This document shows, piece after piece, positions 25,205-32,000 of a stretch of 32,000 nucleotides of DNA. This stretch comes from Candidatus Saganbacteria bacterium (lineage in GTDB: Bacteria; Margulisbacteria; WOR-1; JAKLHX01), in assembly GCA_026387835.1 (NCBI GenBank), contig JAPLKZ010000004.1:73931-105930 (forward strand), read 5' to 3'. The notes beneath the pieces are model-generated. The model worked only from the letters and a program-made list of their open reading frames with translations. It did not search any database and was not told the DNA's origin. The translations under genes were made by a program, and so were the position numbers. The first letter of the stretch is position 1. Every line of letters starts with the position of its first letter.

Positions 25205-25766
25205 TGTCCAACGTTAAATTGAGCTTCAGGACATTGATCCTTTCTTCACCGAACAGATCAAGGTCCCGTTTCTCCGTCATTTTGTTGATCAGCACTATCA
25301 GGTCGGCTTTTCTTGAAAGATCAAGCTTTCTTGCCTTTAATATCCTGTCTGTCTGGAATACCGCCGCAGACACGCTTATATGCGGGTCGAGGCCTGATCC
25401 GGAAGCATATAACATATCTGAAGGGATCTCATTTGCCGGTTTTGCAGGGTCTGCCTTTAAGATCATTTTCTCTCTTTCGGTTATCTGATCTTTTAATTGT
25501 TTGCTGGTCGCAGAAAGATTGCTTCCGCCGGATGAGAGCGTATTATAATCTACTGCCGACGGCCTCGGCCAGAAATATCTGTCATTATCAAATTTTTGTG
25601 CTATCAGATCCGAGCCGACCGTCTTTCCTTTCAATAAAACAAGGCTTCCGTTGGCTTTATCTTTAAAGAATATCTGCGCCGCGGCAGTGATGATCAAAGG
25701 ATATATTATTCCCGTTATCACCGCTGTGATCAAAAATAATTTTAAAGCCGCAATGAATTGTTTCAT
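25188..25766 (-). CDS. kdpC: K+-transporting ATPase subunit C
   Basis: 192 aa. Single N-terminal TM helix and conserved SGGSNL and ASGSGLDPHIS motifs. Confidence 0.9.
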   Translation of the reverse strand: MKQFIAALKLFLITAVITGIIYPLIITAAAQIFFKDKANGSLVLLKGKTVGSDLIAQKFDNDRYFWPRPSAVDYNTLSSGGSNLSATSKQLKDQITEREKMILKADPAKPANEIPSDMLYASGSGLDPHISVSAAVFQTDRILKARKLDLSRKADLIVLINKMTEKRDLDLFGEERINVLKLNLTLDNEFEK

Positions 25767-25776
25767 CTTATGCCTT

Positions 25777-27873
25777 TCAAGATATTATCCTGAAAAATAC
25801 CATCAACATATCTATCAATTTTATCCCGATGAACGGCGCGATCAGGCCTCCGAGGCCGTATATCTGTATATTGCGCCGCAAAAGCGAGCGCGCGTCCTCG
25901 CTGTGATATGATACCCCGCGCAGAGCAAGCGGTATCAAAATGACTATTATTATCGCATTGAATATAACCGCGCTGAGTATCGCGCTGTAAGGAGAATGAA
26001 GCCGCATGATATTAAGCACAGAGAGCGGCCCTTGCGTCGCGCCTGTTTCGGCATACAGCATCCCGAAAATAGCGGGGATTATGGCGAAATATTTCGCAAC
26101 ATCATTGGCGATGCTGAAAGTGGTCAGAGCCCCCCTTGTCATTAAAAGCTGCTTGCCTATCTCAACGATCTCGATAAGCTTTGTCGGATTACTTTCGAGG
26201 TCCACCATGTTGCCCGCTTCTCTCGCTGCCTGTGTCCCTGTGTTCATAGTGACCCCTACATCAGCCTGCGCGAGCGCCGGGGCATCGTTCGTTCCGTCAC
26301 CGGTCATAGCGACAAGACGGCCGCTTGCCTGCTCCTGACGTATCCTGTTCATCTTTGATTCAGGGGTTGCCTGCGCGATAAAATCATCGACTCCCGCTTC
26401 TGCGGCAATGGCCGCAGCTGTTAATTCGTTATCGCCTGTTATCATCACTGTCCGTATCCCCATTTTTCTCAGTTCTTTGAAGCGCTCTTTTATCCCGCCC
26501 TTGACCACATCTTTTAAATGAATTATCCCGAGGACTTTGTTCCCGTCAGATACTGCCAGCGGGGTCCCTCCGCTGCTCCCTATCCTGCTCACTTCTGCCT
26601 CAAGTCCGGGCGGGAACTTCCCGTTTATCGACTCGACATATCTTTTTATTGCGTCGACCGACCCTTTTTTGATCGACCGGTAGACATTTTTATCCCTATC
26701 GTGGAAGTCGATGCCGCTCATCTGAGTTGAAGCGGAGAACGGAATAAATGTAGCTTCGCTGGAATGAAAGCTCTGTGCCCGGAGACCGAACTTGTCTTTT
26801 GCGAGTACAACGATCGATCTTCCTTCCGGAGTTTCATCTGCCAGAGAAGAAAGCTGCGATACTTCGGCCAAAGCCTTTTCCTCTGTCCCGGACGCGGGGA
26901 TGAACTCTGATGCCATCCTGTTTCCCATAGTTATGGTGCCCGTTTTATCAAGAAGAAGAACATCTATATCACCCGCTGCTTCCACCGCGCGCCCGCTCTT
27001 TGCTATCACGTGGCGCCTGATCAACCTGTCCATTCCCGCTATCCCGATCGCGCTCAAAAGTCCTCCTATCGTCGTGGGGATAAGACAAACAAGAAGCGAT
27101 ACAAGGATCGGTACTGTCACCAGCAAAGAAAGGTCCTGTCCCGCAGCATTGCCGCTATAATCCGCAAAAAACTTCAGCGTGACGACGGCAAGGAGAAAAA
27201 TTATTGTAAGTCCTGCCAGTACGATACTTAAAGCGATCTCATTAGGGGTCCTCTGCCGTTTTGCTCCCTCTATCAGGGCGATCATCCTGTCTATGAAATT
27301 CCCGCCAGGATCGGATGTTATTCTGATAATTATCTTATCGCTTATCACTTTTGTACCGCCGGTTACTGCGCTGCGGTCCCCTCCGCTTTCCCTGATCACG
27401 GGAGCTGATTCACCGGTTATCGCTGATTCATCGACGCTTGCTATCCCCTCGATCACTTCACCATCGGAGGGGATAGTACCGTCCGCTTCACAAACGACCA
27501 CGTCGCCTTTTTTAAGCTGGCTCGCAAGAACCGATGTTTCTTTGCCGTTCGTCAGAAGTCTCGCGCAGACTTCTTTTCTCGATCGCCGCAGGCTTTCCGC
27601 CTGGGCTTTTCCCCGTCCCTCAGCCATAGCTTCGGCAAAGTTTGCAAAAAGCACAGTGAACCAGAGCCAGATGCTTATCATAAGTTCGAAGGAGGAGAAA
27701 ACTCCGTTCACAAAAAGATGCTTGAAGAAATATGCCGATGTAAGTGCGGACGCTACCATCGTGAGAAACATCACGGGATTGCGCATTTCTTCTTTCGGAT
27801 TAAGTTTAAGAAAAGAGTCTCTTACCGCCTCAAAAAAGATCTTATTTTGATCTCCATCAGTCTTTTTTGTCAT
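25777..27873 (-). CDS. kdpB: K+-transporting P-type ATPase subunit B
   Basis: 698 aa with P-type motifs DKTGTIT, TGDN and [10 protein letters not shown]. Confidence 0.95.
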   Translation of the reverse strand: MTKKTDGDQNKIFFEAVRDSFLKLNPKEEMRNPVMFLTMVASALTSAYFFKHLFVNGVFSSFELMISIWLWFTVLFANFAEAMAEGRGKAQAESLRRSRKEVCARLLTNGKETSVLASQLKKGDVVVCEADGTIPSDGEVIEGIASVDESAITGESAPVIRESGGDRSAVTGGTKVISDKIIIRITSDPGGNFIDRMIALIEGAKRQRTPNEIALSIVLAGLTIIFLLAVVTLKFFADYSGNAAGQDLSLLVTVPILVSLLVCLIPTTIGGLLSAIGIAGMDRLIRRHVIAKSGRAVEAAGDIDVLLLDKTGTITMGNRMASEFIPASGTEEKALAEVSQLSSLADETPEGRSIVVLAKDKFGLRAQSFHSSEATFIPFSASTQMSGIDFHDRDKNVYRSIKKGSVDAIKRYVESINGKFPPGLEAEVSRIGSSGGTPLAVSDGNKVLGIIHLKDVVKGGIKERFKELRKMGIRTVMITGDNELTAAAIAAEAGVDDFIAQATPESKMNRIRQEQASGRLVAMTGDGTNDAPALAQADVGVTMNTGTQAAREAGNMVDLESNPTKLIEIVEIGKQLLMTRGALTTFSIANDVAKYFAIIPAIFGMLYAETGATQGPLSVLNIMRLHSPYSAILSAVIFNAIIIVILIPLALRGVSYHSEDARSLLRRNIQIYGLGGLIAPFIGIKLIDMLMVFFRIIS

Positions 27874-27878
27874 GATGT

Positions 27879-29567
27879 TTAGAACGCCCTTCCTTTAAGC
27901 ATCAATAAATGCTCGATGATGGGTCCGAGAGAAAGTGCGGGGAAAAATGTCAAGACCCCGACTATTATTATAACTCCCACAAGAAGAGCCGCGAACAGAA
28001 AATTATCCGTAGTAAAAGTGCCGCTTGAGACAGGCGTTATTTTTTTTACCGCGAGGCTGCCGGCTATCACCATCGCGGGGATTATCACCCCGAACCTTCC
28101 TATGATCATAGCTATACCAAGAAGAACGTTATAAAAGACCGTATTCGCATTGAGACCCGCAAAAGCGCTGCCATTGTTCTGGGATGCCGAGGAAAAAGCA
28201 TAAAGCATCTCACTGAAACCATGAGGACCTTTACTGAGCAGACTTGAAAGGCCAGCCGGCAGAACACACGCTGCTGCCGTTCCAAGGAGTATCGCGGCAG
28301 ACGGAAGAAGTATCGAAAGTATGACCATCTGCACTTCTTTGCGCTCGATCTTTTTGCCGAGATATTCCGGTGTACGCCCCACCATCAGCCCTGCAAGGAA
28401 CACCGTGAGCAGGACCATGTGGAGCATTCCGTACATACCTGACCCAACGCCTCCGAATATTATCTCGCCAAGCATCAGATTGAACAGGGCGATTCCTCCG
28501 GTAATGGGCGTCAGAGACGAATGCATAGCATTTACCGATCCGTTGGAGACTGAGGTAGTGGCAGTTGCCCAGATCACGCTGTTTGTTATTCCCAGCCTCA
28601 TCTCCTGTCCTTCGTGTATCGTCGTGACAGCAGTATTCGAATATGAAAATTCGGAAAACAAAGCTACCCCGAGAGAAATGGCAAAAACAGCGAACATTAC
28701 ATAGAATAAAAGCCATCCGTGTTTTTTGTTACCGATCATCACTCCATATGTATATACCAGAGCTGCCGGCAGCATCAGAAGAGCAAGCATCTCAAGGAAA
28801 TTAGATAATGGCGTCGGGTTTTCATAAGGATGAGCGCTGTTCGCGTTAAAGAAACCTCCGCCGTTCGTACCCAGCTGTTTTATCGCGATCTGCGAGGCGG
28901 CCGGGCCCATCGGCAGCGTCTGCGAAGATCCCTGCACAGTAACGGCCGTCTTATATGGAGAAAAGTTCTGTATTACGCCCTGACCCGCGAGCAGGACCGC
29001 AAGGATCACTGATAAAGGCAATAATACATATATAAGAGTTCGGACAATGTCTACCCAGAAATTCCCCAGCGACTTCGCTGTTTTTGAGATTATTCCCCGA
29101 GTGAGCGCCAGGAATACTGCAAACCCAGTTGCCGCACTTAAGAAATTCTGTACAGCAAGACCCAGCATTTGTGTAAGATAGCTCATCGTCGACTCGCCGG
29201 CGTAACCCTGCCAGTTCGTGTTCGTCATAAAGCTCGCGGCCGTGTTAAACGCGCTGTCCCAGCTTACGTTTGCCAGATTTTGGGGGTTCAGAGGAAGATA
29301 GCGCTGCGTCAGTTGAAGGACAAAAACGAACAAAAACCCTATAAAGTTGAACCATAGAAGTGCTTTTGTATAATCTTTCCAGTCCATCTCCTCTTCTTCG
29401 TCAATCCCGCATACTTTATATATAAGTTTTTCAAGCCAGCCGAGCAAAACGTGCATGAAAGTCTTTTTCCCCTGAAAGACCTTTGCCATAAAAAGGCCCA
29501 GGACCGGGGTAAGCAATATGAGTGCGGCACAATAAACAATCACCTGAAAATAATCAATGCTTTTCAT
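27879..29567 (-). CDS. kdpA: K+-transporting ATPase subunit A
   Basis: 562 aa, polytopic, with KdpA selectivity-filter-like NTNWQ and GTNGGGFF blocks. Confidence 0.95.
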   Translation of the reverse strand: MKSIDYFQVIVYCAALILLTPVLGLFMAKVFQGKKTFMHVLLGWLEKLIYKVCGIDEEEEMDWKDYTKALLWFNFIGFLFVFVLQLTQRYLPLNPQNLANVSWDSAFNTAASFMTNTNWQGYAGESTMSYLTQMLGLAVQNFLSAATGFAVFLALTRGIISKTAKSLGNFWVDIVRTLIYVLLPLSVILAVLLAGQGVIQNFSPYKTAVTVQGSSQTLPMGPAASQIAIKQLGTNGGGFFNANSAHPYENPTPLSNFLEMLALLMLPAALVYTYGVMIGNKKHGWLLFYVMFAVFAISLGVALFSEFSYSNTAVTTIHEGQEMRLGITNSVIWATATTSVSNGSVNAMHSSLTPITGGIALFNLMLGEIIFGGVGSGMYGMLHMVLLTVFLAGLMVGRTPEYLGKKIERKEVQMVILSILLPSAAILLGTAAACVLPAGLSSLLSKGPHGFSEMLYAFSSASQNNGSAFAGLNANTVFYNVLLGIAMIIGRFGVIIPAMVIAGSLAVKKITPVSSGTFTTDNFLFAALLVGVIIIVGVLTFFPALSLGPIIEHLLMLKGRAF

Positions 29568-29576
29568 GAATATCCC

Positions 29577-29660
29577 TTAGAATTTCTCCGGGTTCATCAT
29601 CGCGTATACGAGATAGCCCAGCATAACGAGCGCTATCAGACCTGACAAAATAAAACCCAT
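29577..29660 (-). CDS. kdpF: K+-transporting ATPase subunit F (27 aa)
   Basis: Hand-translated as MGFILSGLIALVMLGYLVYAMMNPEKF. It resembles KdpF peptides (…LGYLVYAL.NPE.F). SD AAAGGAA. The stop is 9 nt before the kdpA ATG. Confidence 0.8.
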   Translation of the reverse strand: MGFILSGLIALVMLGYLVYAMMNPEKF

Positions 29661-29679
29661 ATTATATTCCTTTTGGTTG

Positions 29680-29688
29680 ATTATAACA
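29680..29688 (-). promoter_or_regulatory. extended -10 box TGTTATAAT upstream of kdpF
   Basis: The plus strand reads ATTATAACA. A 19-nt leader with an SD follows. A weak -35 (TTAAAT, overlapping the fuller TTTAAA reading) lies 17 nt upstream. Confidence 0.45.
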
Positions 29689-29700
29689 GGTTAACAGGCC

Positions 29701-29814
29701 TTATTTAAATCGTCCTGTCATCAACAATATTGTATAAACGATCGACATTCCGATCAGATAAACGGCACCGAATATGAAGACTATTACTACTATCCCTGCA
29801 ATAATACTTATCAT
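29701..29814 (-). CDS. possible 37-aa hydrophobic peptide upstream of kdpF (doubtful)
   Basis: Hand-translated as MISIIAGIVVIVFIFGAVYLIGMSIVYTILLMTGRFK, with a weak AGGA 9 nt upstream. Its 3' end overlaps the predicted kdp -35 region, so it may be a chance ORF in the regulatory DNA. Confidence 0.25.
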   Translation of the reverse strand: MISIIAGIVVIVFIFGAVYLIGMSIVYTILLMTGRFK

Positions 29815-29917
29815 GGATAAATCCTATCATCGTGTCAAGTCAAATTGGAGTAAAAAGGCAATCTCAACCCGTAAAAATAGCGTAAAATACCAAGGATATT
29901 TGTTCGAATGTTTATAG

Positions 29918-29991
29918 TGGCTGCGGGACTAGGATTCGAACCTAGACAGCCAGCTTCAGAGACTGGCGTCCTACCATTAGACGATCCCGCA
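29918..29991 (-). tRNA. tRNA-Gln (anticodon CUG), CCA encoded
   Basis: Hand-folded. Acceptor TGCGGGA/TCCCGCA with U1-A72 and discriminator G73, as is typical of bacterial tRNA-Gln. D arm GTCT-AATGGTA-GGAC. Anticodon stem CCAGT/GCTGG with loop CTCTGAA. T arm CTAGG-TTCGAAT-CCTAG. Confidence 0.9.
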
Positions 29992-29993
29992 AA

Positions 29994-30094
29994 GAGAATT
30001 ACTAATGACTAATGCTTAATGACTAATGAAGGAGTAATTATTTAATAATAATATTTTCATTAATTAGACATTAGTCATTAGTAATTAGTCATTT
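29994..30094 (-). repeat. AT-rich palindromic element, copy C (101 bp, inverted relative to copy B)
   Basis: Its reverse complement matches 10842-10942 at 100 of 101 positions. It starts 2 nt from the 5' end of tRNA-Gln and ends 20 nt from the stop of the four-helix-bundle gene. Confidence 0.9.
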
Positions 30095-30114
30095 TATTGA
30101 ACAAGAATATTATA

Positions 30115-30465
30115 TCAGGATTTCGACTTACGTATAATCGCGGCAAGTATCAATATAATCTCGCGGCATTCACTTGTAATGTTTTCAAGTTCTTTTTTGT
30201 TATCAGCATTGTTAATTAATTCGGCTTCTTTCATTATTTTAAGCCAATATTCGGTTTCCTGAGCCTCCTTTTTTGCTATAAAGACTTTATTGATAAAATC
30301 TTTCTTTGAACAGGCTGAATCGGCTTCAGTCATATTCGCTCCGATAGATGCGGCGCTCCTTAAAAGCTGATCATTGATAATGTTTATTGAGGGGTTCTTT
30401 GAAATACGTTTTATAAACTTAACTATTTGTACCGCAAACCGCAACGTCCTATCCTGTATTTCCAT
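30115..30465 (-). CDS. four-helix-bundle protein of the 23S rRNA intervening-sequence (IVS) protein family
   Basis: 116 aa. LRFAVQIVKFIKRI...QLLRSAASIGANMTEADSACSKKDFINKVFIAKKEAQETEYWLKIM matches the family hallmark (…QL.RSa.SI.aNiaEg….s.kdF…l.iA.gSl.E..ywL…). Confidence 0.85.
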   Translation of the reverse strand: MEIQDRTLRFAVQIVKFIKRISKNPSINIINDQLLRSAASIGANMTEADSACSKKDFINKVFIAKKEAQETEYWLKIMKEAELINNADNKKELENITSECREIILILAAIIRKSKS

Positions 30466-30479
30466 TTTACAATGATTTT

Positions 30480-30515
30480 CCTTAATTAGTTATTAGTCAT
30501 TAGAAATTAGTCATT
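30480..30515 (+). repeat. partial palindromic element, copy D (right-arm type)
   Basis: CCTTAATTAGTTATTAGTCATTAGAAATTAGTCATT. It lies between the four-helix-bundle start (14 nt away) and the stop codon of gene 30516..30764, which it directly abuts. Confidence 0.75.
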
Positions 30516-30764
30516 CTACACCGGCGGTTTCCACCATTGCGGCTGTGCGATCAGAATATATGCTCCGTATAACAATATAATAGCCGCAGCTGCTGCAAAA
30601 ACCCAAAAATTAATGTCGCGTTTCCTGCCGTTCTTTACCATGACAGCTGTGGCAATGAATGCTATAAGCGAAAGTATTATCAAAGCGGAACCTTTAAATA
30701 CCGGACTTTCGCTTATATACCTTATTATTTTAGAGCCGGTCTCAAAATCGATGAATTTTAACAT
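30516..30764 (-). CDS. small membrane protein (82 aa, two TM helices)
   Basis: Two hydrophobic helices (ALIILSLIAFIATAVMV and FWVFAAAAAIILLYGAYILIA) separated by a basic loop. No recognisable family. Confidence 0.5.
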   Translation of the reverse strand: MLKFIDFETGSKIIRYISESPVFKGSALIILSLIAFIATAVMVKNGRKRDINFWVFAAAAAIILLYGAYILIAQPQWWKPPV

Positions 30765-30777
30765 GTTCTTATAATGA

Positions 30778-30783
30778 TATAAT
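30778..30783 (+). promoter_or_regulatory. -10 box TATAAT, 10 nt upstream of the nadB ATG
   Basis: Tandem TATAAT boxes at 30770-30775 and 30778-30783 in the 29-nt divergent gap. No SD precedes ATG 30794. Confidence 0.35.
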
Positions 30784-30793
30784 ACATCTAATA

Positions 30794-32000
30794 ATGAAAG
30801 TTTTCAATTGTGATTTTCTTGTTGTCGGCGGAGGCATTTCAGGCCTGAGAGCGGCGCTCACGGCATCTAAATTCGGACAGGTCATACTGCTTACCAAGGG
30901 GAAGACCGAAGAGACCGCGACGGAAAAAGCGCAGGGAGGCATCGCGGCGGCTATCGACAAAGAAAAAGATTCCACCACCTTCCACCTTGAAGACACCCTT
31001 TCAGCCGGAGCGGGCCTCTGTGACAGCGATGCCGTAAAAGTCCTTGTCAACGACGGAGTTGAAAGGGTGAAAGAGCTCATCGAAATGGGCGCTGATTTTG
31101 ACCGCACGCCTTCGGGTTTCGAGCTCAATATCGAAGGCGCCCACAGAAGGCGAAGGATACTGCATGCCGGCGACTACACCGGAAGCGAGATCGCCAAGAC
31201 CCTTGCGGCAAAGGCCATCAAAGAAAAGAATATCAGGGTGATGAACTTTGTATTCGGAAAAGATCTTCTCGTAAAGGACGGAAAATGCTGCGGGATAGAT
31301 GCTTTTGACGCGAAGACCGATGAACTTATGAGATTTCTTGCTCCGGCGACCATCCTTTCGACCGGCGGTGTCTGCCAGATCTATCTTTACACCACCAATC
31401 CCGAATTTGCCACGGGTGACGGCATTGCAATGGCCTATAGAGCGGGAGCAGAACTTAGCGATATGGAATTCGTCCAGTTCCACCCTACCGCTCTTGTCCA
31501 GTTCAAAGGCCTCGGCGAAGAGGTCGCTTTCCCTCAATTCTTGATATCTGAAGCTGTCCGCGGCGAAGGCGCTCTGCTTCTGAACAAGCACGGAGAACGC
31601 TTCATGGATAAATATCATATACAGGCCGAGCTTGCTCCGAGAGATATCGTCTCAAGGGCCATATACGACGAGATGAAAAAGACCGATTCGGACCACGTGC
31701 ATCTCAATCTTTCCGGGATAGACCCTGAAAAAGTAAAAAAACGTTTCCCGACCATTTACAGGACCTGTAAAGAAGCAGGCATGGACCTCACAGCCGATGA
31801 TATCCCTGTGGCTCCCGCGGCGCATTATTTCATGGGCGGGATAAGGACAGATCTTGAAGCAAGGACAAATATAAAAGGCTTGTGGGCTGCGGGAGAAGTG
31901 ATGTCATCGGGAGTACATGGCGCGAACCGTTTAGCAAGTAATTCGCTATTGGAAGGAGTCGTTTTCGGTCATAGAGCGGCGTTGTCGGCAAAAGAGTATC
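30794..32000 (+). CDS. nadB: L-aspartate oxidase, 3'-truncated by window edge
   Basis: Hand-translated and absent from the track because there is no stop in the window. MKVFNCDFLVVGGGISGLRAAL...ATEKAQGGIAAA...FHLEDTLSAGAGLCD...ATGDGIAMAYRAGAELSDMEFVQFHPT...EAVRGEGALL...RDIVSRAI...HYFMGGI...GANRLASNSLLEG. These are canonical NadB/succinate-dehydrogenase flavoprotein blocks. Confidence 0.9.
   Translation, partial: MKVFNCDFLVVGGGISGLRAALTASKFGQVILLTKGKTEETATEKAQGGIAAAIDKEKDSTTFHLEDTLSAGAGLCDSDAVKVLVNDGVERVKELIEMGADFDRTPSGFELNIEGAHRRRRILHAGDYTGSEIAKTLAAKAIKEKNIRVMNFVFGKDLLVKDGKCCGIDAFDAKTDELMRFLAPATILSTGGVCQIYLYTTNPEFATGDGIAMAYRAGAELSDMEFVQFHPTALVQFKGLGEEVAFPQFLISEAVRGEGALLLNKHGERFMDKYHIQAELAPRDIVSRAIYDEMKKTDSDHVHLNLSGIDPEKVKKRFPTIYRTCKEAGMDLTADDIPVAPAAHYFMGGIRTDLEARTNIKGLWAAGEVMSSGVHGANRLASNSLLEGVVFGHRAALSAKEY

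Noticed and set aside
29815-29917. c-di-AMP (ydaO-type) riboswitch upstream of the kdp operon
   Set aside because: About 100 nt is available, with no pseudo-symmetric ACGR/CCCGNA-type conserved cores visible. The kdpDE two-component genes are present as the conventional regulator.
29994-30515. Diversity-generating retroelement, because the four-helix-bundle protein resembles Avd
   Set aside because: No reverse transcriptase gene, no template/variable repeat pair and no adenine-specific mismatch pattern occur anywhere in the window.

Overview
The window looks like a chromosomal segment of a moderately AT-rich diderm bacterium; outer-membrane beta-barrel genes are present and no lineage can be assigned by eye. 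Most genes are on the minus strand.

Gene content, left to right:
- A tightly overlapping housekeeping operon: TIGR00725/LOG-like, thiC, M20 peptidase, XerC/D recombinase, M50 site-2 protease, folC and a truncated membrane protein.
- A plus-strand SDR and PfkB-kinase sugar-acid pair.
- tRNA-Glu(CUC) and a small membrane ORF.
- A glycerol utilisation locus in two parts: a pseudouridine synthase coupled to a three-gene anaerobic-type glycerol-3-phosphate dehydrogenase set (FAD/BFD subunit, pyridine-nucleotide oxidoreductase, DUF1667), and a lipase-like hydrolase with glpK. The two parts are separated by a 735-aa fusion of a metallo-beta-lactamase fold with two cNMP-binding domains.
- An ABC-2 exporter with a lipoprotein.
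- A cluster of uncharacterised secreted and outer-membrane proteins.
- An RHH protein and a GIY-YIG nuclease.
- A complete kdpFABC-DE locus.
- tRNA-Gln(CUG), a four-helix-bundle (23S rRNA IVS-type) gene and the 5' part of nadB.

The most unusual signal is a family of AT-rich palindromic elements of about 85-101 bp, built from ACTAATGACTAAT units.
- They carry stop codons in all six frames.
- Two copies fill the intercistronic gaps of the glycerol-3-P dehydrogenase operon and donate the stop codons of two genes.
- A near-identical inverted copy plus a partial arm bracket the four-helix-bundle gene next to tRNA-Gln.

Other signals:
- A thrice-repeated ECF-like bipartite promoter motif (GTGAAAT-N16-CGATA).
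- Recurring extended -10 boxes (TGCTATAAT) placed so that several genes appear leaderless.
- An A13 tract inside glpK.
- A GC-rich perfect palindrome embedded in-frame in a flavoprotein gene.

All calls rest on reading the sequence and the ORF track; no database search was possible.
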